Origin: an uncultured Acidobacteriota bacterium
GTDB taxonomy: Bacteria; Acidobacteriota; Vicinamibacteria; Vicinamibacterales; CAVVIG01
Reading direction: 5' to 3'
Assembly: GCA_902825985.1 (NCBI GenBank)
Contig: CADEDC010000003.1
Span: 10,926-74,925 of the forward strand
Length of the DNA: 64,000 bases
Shown: positions 46,505 through 54,264 of the stretch, one piece after another
Numbering within the stretch: the first letter of the stretch is position 1
Layout of the letters: each line of letters begins with the position of its first letter
Position numbers and translations under genes: made by a program
The notes under the pieces: model-generated
Database searches by the model: none
Seen by the model: only the letters and a program-made list of their open reading frames with translations
Told to the model about the DNA's origin: nothing

Positions 46505-49267
46505 CTACCGGTGCGGCAGCGCGCCGGGATCGGCAGACGCGCGATTGAGCCGCGCCAGCAGCGGCGCGAAGCCGGTTCGCTGCGGATCGAAGAACCCCCA
46601 CTCGGGAACCGCCGGCTGGAGGGTTACCGGCAGCGCCGCCGGCGCGTGACCCGGCTTGCGCTTCTTCTTGCCCTTCCCGGGTCTCTGCCGGTCCGTTGCC
46701 GGTCCCGACGTGCCGTGCGCCGATGACGGCGGCGGCACGGCTGGCGGCGCTGCCGCCACCACGACGGGCGGTTCGGGTCGCGGTGCGGGCGGTGCCGCGG
46801 CCACCGGCACGGCCCTCGCCACCGGTGCTGCAGCGGGCGTCGGTTCGACGGCGGTGCCCCCGGCGATCGAGTCGTGGGCGTGCGACGCGTCCGCGGTGAA
46901 CGTCCACTCGGCGGTGACCTGCCCGGTCGCCGGTTCGCCAACCGCGACATCACGATCGCGCGACGCTCCGGTAGTGGCGGCGGCGGTCGCCGCGCTGTTG
47001 AGCAGCCAGTCGAGCGTCGCCGGCGGCGGTGCGTCGGTCGCCGAAGCCGCGGTCGGCGTCGCCGGCACCGTCGTGGCCTCGGGCTGCGTGGCGGCGAAGA
47101 GCGCCGTGATCTCGTCAGCCACGCGATCGACGGCTGGCGGGGTGGTCTCCGCCGGCGGTGGGGTCGCGAAGAACACGTCGGTCAGATCCGGCACGCCGGG
47201 CATGCCGGCCGGCGCGTCCGTGCTCGGGCTCACCGGCTTGACGGTGTTCGACGGCTGGAGCGAGACGATCGGCTCGAAGGCCACGGCCGCCAGGCTCGTG
47301 TCGATCGTCGCGTCGAAGATCGACGGCGCGCTGTCGACGGGCAGCGGTGCGGTGGGCTGGAACGCCACGGCGGCGAGGTCGGTGTCGATCCGGGCGTCGA
47401 AGATCGATGGCGTCGGATCGACGGGCAGCGGCTGCGTCACCGCGACGACGCGCGACGCCTCAACGGCAGCGGCGGCGGCGCGCAGCGCTTCCTCGGCGGC
47501 GCGAGCCCGGTCCTGGGCCGCCTGGGCCAGGCGCTCGGCCTCCCGTCCGTTCTCGTCCGACCCGCGTCCCCGCTGAGCCGCGTGCGCGTCGAACTCGCTG
47601 AGGACGCTGGCGGCGACCGCCGGCCGTGACGGGAACACGAGCGGTTCGGCGTTGAATTCCGGCTTCGGCTTGTCGGCCGGCGCCGGGGCATCGTCGGTTT
47701 TCAGCGACTTGATGTCGCGGCGAATCGCCGACAGCATGTCCTGCCAACCGGCCTTGAGTCCCGGCTGCTCCGGTGGCGCTTCCGCCTCGGCCGGTCTGGC
47801 CGGCGAGGGTGGCGGCGGCAGGGCGTCGATCGCGGCACGCCAGTCGGCCTGCGGCCGCTCTTCCCACGTCGGCGTCGGCATCGGTTCCGGCGGCGTGAAC
47901 GCCGGCCACTCGACCTTCGCCACCGCCGGCAGCGTCTCGTGCGGCCTCTCGGTCGCGTCGCCGGCGCGGCCGTCGGCCGCCGACAGCGGCGCGCCCTCGA
48001 TCGATGCCTGACGCCAGCCGCCGCCGCCGGCGTCCGGCACGACGAGCGCCGCCGCGGCGGCCGCCGTTTCGACGGTCGCGACCGCCTCGCCGGCCGCCTC
48101 GGTCGTGCGCTCGATCAGCGGTTCGGCGGCCGGCCCGGCGGGCGAGTCGTCGACCGTCTCGGCCGAGAACACCGCCAGCACCTCGGCGGCGAACAGCGAA
48201 CGCTCTTCCTCGAGCTGTTCCCGGGCGTCGACGACGACCGGTTCCGGCAGGTCGATGTCGCCGGCGAGCACGTGGCTCAGATCGACGACCGGAATCATCG
48301 GTTGCGCGTTCGCCGACGACTTCACCGTGTGCAGCTCGCGGACGAAGTCGTCGAGGTCGACCGCTTCCGACGTCAGCTCCATGCTGCCGTGCGCGGCGGT
48401 CGGCGTCGCGGCGGTCGTCGGCTGGCTCGCCGCGCCGGCGAATTCGTCGGCGTCGAGCGCAATCTCCTCCCACTCCTCCTCGGGGCGGCGCGACGTCTCC
48501 GGCGGCGCCGCCGGCGCGAACGCGACCTCGCCGTCAATCGACGGCGTTTCCGTCTGCGCAGCGCCCCCGGCGTCCGAGGTCCTCGGGTGTTCCACCGCAG
48601 CCCGCTTGATCGGAATGGCAGCGAACTCGCCGAACAGCGCTTCCGGATCCTCGATGACCATGTCCGGATGCACGTCCACGGTGGCGTAGAGCGGTGTCGC
48701 CGCCGGCGCGGCCGCCGCCGTGCCGTGCTCGGGCTGCCACGCGAGTTGCGGCTCCGGCTCGGGGCGCAGCGCCGACGGCGGGGCGATCGGTGGTGCGGCG
48801 GCGGGTTGCTCGGCCCACGCCGCCTCGAGGTCGGCCTGGGCGGCGGCGAGCGCGGCACGTTCGACGGCGCCGCGTGCGAGGTACTCGGTGATCTCGGCGC
48901 TGAACACGGCCGGGTCGCAGCCGTCCTCACCCTTGTCCTCGTCGTGCGAGGCGCGCCGCAGCCGGCCGAGGAGGCCGCCGATCTTCTTCTTCCGTGTCTT
49001 CTCCTCGCCGCGCAGTACCGGAATGACGAGCGTCTGCACGTGGGCGCCGGCGGCGCCGAGTTCGCGCAGCCGTTCGGCGAGCGCCGCTTCGTCCCTGGGG
49101 AGCAGCAGCTGCGACGTCAGGACCAGGTCGGGAACCCGCGGGCCGAGCGCCGCGAGCGCCTCGTCGGCGCTTTCGCCGATGACGAGCTCGGCGCGCAGCT
49201 GCTCGACGAGCAGGCCGACGTTCGCCGCTTGTCGGCGATCGGGTTCGATGGCGAGGATCAGTGACAT
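46505..49267 (-). CDS. pseudo-receiver domain protein with ~800-aa Pro/Ala/Glu-rich low-complexity region
   Basis: The N-terminus MSLILAIEPDRRQ...PDLVLTSQLLLP...VIPVL has a CheY-like layout, but Thr/Ser replace the phospho-acceptor Asp. The rest is compositionally biased. Confidence 0.6.
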   Translation of the reverse strand: MSLILAIEPDRRQAANVGLLVEQLRAELVIGESADEALAALGPRVPDLVLTSQLLLPRDEAALAERLRELGAAGAHVQTLVIPVLRGEEKTRKKKIGGLLGRLRRASHDEDKGEDGCDPAVFSAEITEYLARGAVERAALAAAQADLEAAWAEQPAAAPPIAPPSALRPEPEPQLAWQPEHGTAAAAPAATPLYATVDVHPDMVIEDPEALFGEFAAIPIKRAAVEHPRTSDAGGAAQTETPSIDGEVAFAPAAPPETSRRPEEEWEEIALDADEFAGAASQPTTAATPTAAHGSMELTSEAVDLDDFVRELHTVKSSANAQPMIPVVDLSHVLAGDIDLPEPVVVDAREQLEEERSLFAAEVLAVFSAETVDDSPAGPAAEPLIERTTEAAGEAVATVETAAAAAALVVPDAGGGGWRQASIEGAPLSAADGRAGDATERPHETLPAVAKVEWPAFTPPEPMPTPTWEERPQADWRAAIDALPPPPSPARPAEAEAPPEQPGLKAGWQDMLSAIRRDIKSLKTDDAPAPADKPKPEFNAEPLVFPSRPAVAASVLSEFDAHAAQRGRGSDENGREAERLAQAAQDRARAAEEALRAAAAAVEASRVVAVTQPLPVDPTPSIFDARIDTDLAAVAFQPTAPLPVDSAPSIFDATIDTSLAAVAFEPIVSLQPSNTVKPVSPSTDAPAGMPGVPDLTDVFFATPPPAETTPPAVDRVADEITALFAATQPEATTVPATPTAASATDAPPPATLDWLLNSAATAAATTGASRDRDVAVGEPATGQVTAEWTFTADASHAHDSIAGGTAVEPTPAAAPVARAVPVAAAPPAPRPEPPVVVAAAPPAVPPPSSAHGTSGPATDRQRPGKGKKKRKPGHAPAALPVTLQPAVPEWGFFDPQRTGFAPLLARLNRASADPGALPHR
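47271..47431 (-). repeat. in-frame 84-bp (28-aa) tandem duplication inside the pseudo-receiver gene
   Basis: PLPVDPTPSIFDARIDTDLAAVAFQPTA / PLPVDSAPSIFDATIDTSLAAVAFEPIV. The DNA copies start at ~47271 and ~47355. Confidence 0.85.
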
Positions 49268-49268
49268 G

Positions 49269-49640
49269 TCAGGTCCGGAGCATGACGAGCAGCAGGATGG
49301 TCGCCGCCAGCGCGAAGATGGTGAGGGGTGCGTGGGTCATGCTCTGATCGCGCAATCCGTCCAGGGCGACGAACAGCACGCTCTGCAGCTGATGGGCCGA
49401 CGAGCTCACTTCGGGTGACGGTCCCCGACCCTCCAGCAGGTGTTCAACCTGTTCACGTACGCGTTCGTTCATCAGCATCAGGCCGGCGACGACAGCGGTG
49501 AGGCTGCCGGCTGCCGCCAGTCCACCTCGCACGCGACTCTGCATCTGAGCGTTCATGTGATCGATCTGTCCATGGCGGCACGAGGCAAACCGCGTTCCGC
49601 CGGAGGTCGGCGCGGCCGCTGACATATGGATGCGCGCCAT
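49269..49640 (-). CDS. small two-helix membrane protein, translationally coupled to the pseudo-receiver gene
   Basis: Its stop (49271-49269) lies 1 nt from the downstream ATG (49267). It has two hydrophobic helices. The start is uncertain (49640 or 49556). Confidence 0.5.
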   Translation of the reverse strand: MARIHMSAAAPTSGGTRFASCRHGQIDHMNAQMQSRVRGGLAAAGSLTAVVAGLMLMNERVREQVEHLLEGRGPSPEVSSSAHQLQSVLFVALDGLRDQSMTHAPLTIFALAATILLLVMLRT

Positions 49641-49857
49641 TCGTCACGATCGGCGTGCCGACGGCGTCGCCGGGCCGCCGGGTGTCCCGTTTCGCAACGC
49701 GCCGGTTCGCACGAAATCATCCCGTGCAGTTACGAATGTGCGGTCTCGGGCACCACCGCCGCGGCGGCGCGGCCGACCGCCCGACGCGCCGTGGGCAACC
49801 GAAAACCGCGGTGTTCGCAGGTGTTCGCGGCAGGTCCGCCGCCGGCCGCCTGGTGCG

Positions 49858-49873
49858 TGGCACCACAGTTGCG
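49858..49873 (+). promoter_or_regulatory. sigma-54 (RpoN) -24/-12 promoter upstream of flp1
   Basis: TGGCAC-CACAG-TTGCG is an exact match to TGGCAC-N5-TTGC(A/T), with GG and GC spaced 10 nt apart. It lies 98 bp upstream of the flp1 ATG. Confidence 0.65.
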
Positions 49874-49970
49874 CATTTACCCGGTGTCGCGCGGTCAGGC
49901 TGAACGTCGTGACCGTATTTCGCACACACGGCAATGCGCATCGGCAGCGATGCGCGGGAGGACACCCATC

Positions 49971-50144
49971 ATGCAGTTCATCAATCGCCTTCGCCAGATC
50001 GTTCGTGAAGAGTCCGGCCAGGACCTGCTCGAGTACGCGCTGCTCGTTGCGTTGATCGCGCTCGTCGCGGTCGGCGCCGTCACCGCGGCCGGCACGACGG
50101 TCCAGGGTGTCTTCACGAACATTGCGGCGTCGATCCCTGCCTAG
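49971..50144 (+). CDS. flp: Flp family type IVb pilin (57 aa)
   Basis: MQFINRLRQIVREESG|QDLLEYALLVALIALVAVGAV carries the Flp G/XXXXEY processing motif plus a hydrophobic helix. There is a strong GGGAGGA Shine-Dalgarno. Confidence 0.9.
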   Translation: MQFINRLRQIVREESGQDLLEYALLVALIALVAVGAVTAAGTTVQGVFTNIAASIPA

Positions 50145-50154
50145 CGATGCGGTG

Positions 50155-50192
50155 CTGGCAGCGGGGCGGTCGTCCCGCCTCGCTGCTGCCAG
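50155..50192 (+). terminator. strong GC-rich stem-loop between flp1 and flp2 (attenuator or mRNA stabiliser candidate)
   Basis: GGCGG (50165-69) pairs with CCGCC (50175-79), and the stem extends by G63-C81, C62-G82, G61-C83, A60-T84, C59-G85 and G58-C86 plus wobble pairs. It starts 11 nt after the flp1 stop. There is no U-tract. Confidence 0.5.
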
Positions 50193-50209
50193 CCCGCTGG
50201 AGAACGCCC

Positions 50210-50383
50210 ATGCGACGAGTGCTCATGACGGTCCAGCGTCTGCTGACCCACACGGACGGGCAGGACCTGCTCGAGTACGGGTTCCTGATGGCCCTGATCG
50301 CGATCGTCGCGGTGACGGCAGTCTCGAATCTCGGCAACACCGTCAACACGGTCCTCTGGCAGACCATTGCCCAGAACTTCTGA
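50210..50383 (+). CDS. flp: second Flp family pilin paralog (57 aa)
   Basis: MRRVLMTVQRLLTHTDG|QDLLEYGFLMALIAIVAVTAV. GGAG lies 7 nt upstream of ATG 50210. Confidence 0.85.
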   Translation: MRRVLMTVQRLLTHTDGQDLLEYGFLMALIAIVAVTAVSNLGNTVNTVLWQTIAQNF

Positions 50384-50879
50384 CCCCGTGGCGCTCGCAG
50401 TCGTGATCGTGGGCGCCACGGTCGCTGCCATCGTCGATCTCCGGACGCGCCGCATTCCGAACCTGCTGTCGGGCGGCCTCGCCGCCCTGGGACTGCTGCT
50501 CGCCGGTCTGCAGATGACCGGCACGGGCCTCGCGGCCGCCGCCGGCGGCCTGCTCGTCGGACTCCTGTTGATGCTGCCGGGACATCTCCTCGGCCGCACG
50601 GGGGCCGGCGACGTGAAGTTGCTCGCGGCGCTCGGTACCCTGCTCGGCCCGTCAGGTGCCGCCGTCGCGTTCGTCTACACGCTGATCGCCGGCGGCGTGC
50701 TCGTCGTCATCGTCGCCGCGCAGCGCGGCCGCCTGGAGACGACCGTCTCCCGCACGGCCACCCTTGTCCGCACCGGAGGAGCCAATGTCGCCGAAATCGA
50801 ACGACCGTCCACCGACAATCGATTCGCATACGCGCCGGCGATCGCCGTCGGCGCGTGTCTGGCGGCGATTGGTGGCTGA
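50367..50879 (+). CDS. cpaA: A24-family prepilin peptidase CpaA/TadV
   Basis: AAIVDLRTRRIPN and GAGDVKLLAALG are the two catalytic Asp motifs, and the protein is polytopic. The start is uncertain (TTG 50367 or GTG 50388). Confidence 0.85.
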   Translation: MPRTSDPVALAVVIVGATVAAIVDLRTRRIPNLLSGGLAALGLLLAGLQMTGTGLAAAAGGLLVGLLLMLPGHLLGRTGAGDVKLLAALGTLLGPSGAAVAFVYTLIAGGVLVVIVAAQRGRLETTVSRTATLVRTGGANVAEIERPSTDNRFAYAPAIAVGACLAAIGG

Positions 50880-51327
50880 TTCGCCGCGGCCCGGTCTGGC
50901 GAGCGCGCGCGGCGCGGCGCTGCTCGAGACCGCCATCGCCCTGCCGCTCGTGCTGCTGGTGTCGGTCGGCATCTTCGAGTTCGGCCGTGCCTTCCAGACA
51001 TGGCAGGTCATCACGAACGCGGCGCGCGAGGGCGCCCGCGTCGCCGTGCTGCCGAACCCGGTTGCCGGCGCCGTCGAGGCCAGGGTCACCACCTACCTCC
51101 ACGCCGGCCAGCTCCCCGACGCCGACCACGCTGTCGTCAACGTCAACCGCAACGCGGCGATGAGCATCGGCACCTCGAACGCGAGCGCGTCGATCGTGAC
51201 GGTGCAATACCCGTTCAACTTCATCGTCCTCAACCCGGTCGCCCGGCTGGTGGTCGGCTCGTCGACCCTCGGGTCGGCGCCGATCACGATGACGACGTCG
51301 GCGCAGATGCGGAACGAAGCGCAGTAG
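50872..51327 (+). CDS. tadE: TadE/TadF-like pseudopilin
   Basis: ARGAALLETAIALPLVLLVSVGIFEFGRAF is a TadE N-terminal domain. The proposed GTG start overlaps the cpaA stop. The track ORF 50764..51327 runs further upstream. Confidence 0.75.
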   Translation: MADSPRPGLASARGAALLETAIALPLVLLVSVGIFEFGRAFQTWQVITNAAREGARVAVLPNPVAGAVEARVTTYLHAGQLPDADHAVVNVNRNAAMSIGTSNASASIVTVQYPFNFIVLNPVARLVVGSSTLGSAPITMTTSAQMRNEAQ

Positions 51328-51360
51328 AGCCGGGGACGCCCCGGCGCAACGGAGATTGAT

Positions 51361-52224
51361 ATGGCAAGGATGCGTGTCCTGATCGTGCTGGCGCTCGCGC
51401 TCACCGCCGGGAGCGTGCTCGCGTTCGCCACCTACAACATCGTCCAGAAAGGACCGCAGGGCGGCGCCACCGTGCCGACCTCGCCGGTCGTCGTCGCGGC
51501 GTCCGACCTCGCCATCGGCGCCGAGCTGAAGCCGACCGATCTCAAGGTCGTACAGTGGCCGTCGACCGCGATGCCGGCCGGCGCGATCGCGACGGCCGAG
51601 GAGATCGTCGGCCGCGGCCTCGTGATGCCGGTGATCGAGAACGAGCCGATCCTGCCGATGAAGCTCGCCTCGAAGGAGGCCGGCGCCGGACTGCCGCCGG
51701 TGATTCCACCCGGTCTGCGCGCCATGTCGGTGCGGGTCAACGAGGTCATCGGTGTCGCCGGCTACGTGCTGCCGGGCACGCGCGTCGACGTCATTGCGAC
51801 AGTGAATCCGAGCGACAAGACGTCCGACATGACGTCGAAGGTCATCCTCACCGACGTGCAGGTGCTCGCCGCCGGGACGAAGCTCGAACAGGACGGCGAC
51901 GGCGACAAGCCGATGGCGGTCAGCGTCGTGACGTTGCTCGTCAATCCGGACGAATCGGAGCGTCTGACCCTGGCCAGCGGCGAGGGCAAGATCCAGCTGG
52001 CGCTCCGCAACCCGCTCGACAAGGATGCGCCGGCGACGCGCGGCGCCCGTGCCGCCGTCCTCGTCGGCAGCCCGGCCCCGGCGCCGGCAGCCCGCCAGGC
52101 GGCGTCCCGCCGGGCGGCGGTTCCCGCGCCGGCGCCAGCCGCCGCGGTCGTCGTCGAACCGACGACGGTCGAGATGATCCGCGGCGACAAGCGGGCCCGC
52201 GAAGTCGTGCAGTCGGAGCAGTAG
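51361..52224 (+). CDS. cpaB: Flp pilus assembly protein CpaB/RcpC
   Basis: N-terminal anchor MRVLIVLALALTAGSVLAF, followed by an SAF-like region (VVVAASDLAIGAEL) and an RcpC beta-clip region. Confidence 0.85.
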   Translation: MARMRVLIVLALALTAGSVLAFATYNIVQKGPQGGATVPTSPVVVAASDLAIGAELKPTDLKVVQWPSTAMPAGAIATAEEIVGRGLVMPVIENEPILPMKLASKEAGAGLPPVIPPGLRAMSVRVNEVIGVAGYVLPGTRVDVIATVNPSDKTSDMTSKVILTDVQVLAAGTKLEQDGDGDKPMAVSVVTLLVNPDESERLTLASGEGKIQLALRNPLDKDAPATRGARAAVLVGSPAPAPAARQAASRRAAVPAPAPAAAVVVEPTTVEMIRGDKRAREVVQSEQ

Positions 52225-52227
52225 GCC

Positions 52228-54225
52228 ATGGCGACCATCAGGCAGGAAGGACACACGAGCGTGACGAACACCCACCGCGCCTCAGCTCTCATTCTGGCCA
52301 TCGCCATGTTCGGCGACGCCGCCACGATCTACGCGCAGGCGCCGGCGGCCTCGCCGGTCGCGGCGACGATTGGCGCACCGGCCACCGTGACGGAGGCGAA
52401 CACCGTCCGGCTGCTCGCCGGCCGCTCCACCATCGTCGACGTCGGCATGCCGATCGCGCGCGTGTCGCTGACCAGCCCCGACGTCGCCGATGCCATGGTG
52501 ACGACGCCGAACCAGCTGCTGGTCAACGGCAAGCTGCCGGGCACGATCTCGATGTTCGTCTGGGATCGCGGCGGCGCGCTGCGCCGCTATGAGGTGAACG
52601 TCGGCCGCGATCTCGGCCAGCTGAACGATCAGATGCGCCAGCTGTTTCCCGGCGAGCGCGTCGAGGTGCAGAGCACCGGCAAGAACGTCGTCATCTCGGG
52701 CAATGTCGCGAGCAAGGACGTCGCCGACAAGATGGCCAACGTCGCCGCCGGCTACGTCGAGAAGAAGGAGGAGGTCGTCAGCCTGCTGCAGGTCCGCCAG
52801 GGACCGGCGGCCAACCAGGTGCTGCTGCGCGTCCGCTTTGCCGAAGTGAGCCGCAGCGCGATGACCGATCTCGGCGCGAGCCTCTACGGCGACGGCGCGA
52901 AGCAGCTGATCGGCCGGGCGACGACCGGCCAGTTCGGCCAACCGGCGTCGTTCGACCAGCAGGATCCGATGGTCGGCAACACGCAGATCTTCAGCGACTT
53001 CCTCAACCTGTTCCTGTTCTCCTACAAGCACCAGGTGGGCGCGGTGATCAAGGCGCTGCAGACCAAGGGGCTGTTCCAGAGCCTCGCCGAACCGAATCTG
53101 GTCGCCGAGAGCGGCAAGGAGGCCAGCTTCCTCGCCGGCGGGGAGATTCCGGTGCCGGTCGTCCAGGGCAACGGCGGCAACATCGCGGTCAGCGTGATGT
53201 GGAAGGAGTTCGGCGTCCGGCTCAACTTCACCCCGACGGTCAACGGCAACAACGTCCGCCTCAAGGTGCGACCGGAAGTGAGCACGCTCGACTTCGGCAA
53301 CGCCATCACGCTGCAGGGCTTCCGTATTCCGGCGTTGAGCACCCGGCGCACCGAGACCGAACTCGAGCTCGAGAACGGGCAGACCTTCGCCATCGCCGGC
53401 CTGATGAACAACTCGGTGTCGACGACGATGCGCAAGATTCCCGGCATCGGCGACATCCCGGTGCTCGGCGCCCTCTTCCGCAGCAAGGCGGCACAGAAGG
53501 ATCAAACCGAGCTGGTCGTCATGATCACACCGGAAATCCTGCGTCTCGGCTCGTCCGGCGTCTCGCCGACGCTGCCGCGGGCGCCGGAGAAGTTCCTCCA
53601 GCCGATTCCGGAGAACAAGACGCAGGAGATGCCGCCGGCGGCGTTCACGCCCGGCCGCCCGACCAGCGTCACGGCCGCGGCGGCCAACGCCCCGCTGCCC
53701 GCGGTGACGTCGCCGACGACCGCGCCGGCGCGCACCGCCGCCGCCAAGTCACCCGCCGATGCCGCGGCGGCGCTCTCGGCGCTGACGCCGCATGCGCGAC
53801 CCGTGACCCACGCGCCGCTGCCCGAGCCGGCGGCGCCGTCGCCGGTCCCGGCCGTCGCGGCGGCGACACCGGCGGTGGTCCCGCTGCCGACCCGCGAGCC
53901 GCTGCCCGGCGAACTCGAGGTCGACGACCCGACGATCGACCTCGCGGCCCTGCCGCTGGCGCCGGCCACGGCGGCCGCGGCGGCACCGACCGACAGGGCG
54001 GCCGACAAGCAGCTCGAGCGCGAGCGCCGCGCGCAGGCGAAGGCGGAGAAGAAGGAAGCCGTGGCCCGCGCCCGCGATGCCGAGCGTGCCGCGAAGCTGG
54101 CGCAGGACGAGGAGAAGGCGCAGGCCAAACGTGCCGCCGCGGCGGCCCGCCAGCAGCGCGAGATCGAGAAGCGGATCGCCGCGGCAGAGAAGAAGAACGG
54201 CGGCGCGCTGGCCAGCGCGCAGTAG
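52228..54225 (+). CDS. cpaC: Flp pilus secretin CpaC/RcpA with ~227-aa low-complexity C-terminal extension
   Basis: BON-like N-terminus and a secretin core (LAEPNLVAESGKEASFLAGGEIPVP...IPGIGDIPVLGALFRS...ELVVMITPEI). This is followed by a Pro/Ala-rich tail and then a Lys/Glu/Ala-rich tail. Confidence 0.88.
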   Translation: MATIRQEGHTSVTNTHRASALILAIAMFGDAATIYAQAPAASPVAATIGAPATVTEANTVRLLAGRSTIVDVGMPIARVSLTSPDVADAMVTTPNQLLVNGKLPGTISMFVWDRGGALRRYEVNVGRDLGQLNDQMRQLFPGERVEVQSTGKNVVISGNVASKDVADKMANVAAGYVEKKEEVVSLLQVRQGPAANQVLLRVRFAEVSRSAMTDLGASLYGDGAKQLIGRATTGQFGQPASFDQQDPMVGNTQIFSDFLNLFLFSYKHQVGAVIKALQTKGLFQSLAEPNLVAESGKEASFLAGGEIPVPVVQGNGGNIAVSVMWKEFGVRLNFTPTVNGNNVRLKVRPEVSTLDFGNAITLQGFRIPALSTRRTETELELENGQTFAIAGLMNNSVSTTMRKIPGIGDIPVLGALFRSKAAQKDQTELVVMITPEILRLGSSGVSPTLPRAPEKFLQPIPENKTQEMPPAAFTPGRPTSVTAAAANAPLPAVTSPTTAPARTAAAKSPADAAAALSALTPHARPVTHAPLPEPAAPSPVPAVAAATPAVVPLPTREPLPGELEVDDPTIDLAALPLAPATAAAAAPTDRAADKQLERERRAQAKAEKKEAVARARDAERAAKLAQDEEKAQAKRAAAAARQQREIEKRIAAAEKKNGGALASAQ

Positions 54226-54264
54226 ACGACGCAGCACATCCCCAGCGACTGAAAGGGTAGTCAC

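Noticed and set aside
50147-50209. The longer 78-aa version of flp2 starting at ATG 50147
   Set aside because: The extra 21 codons span the intergenic stem-loop and are Arg/Trp-rich. The ATG at 50210 has a GGAG at proper spacing and gives a leader length matching flp1.
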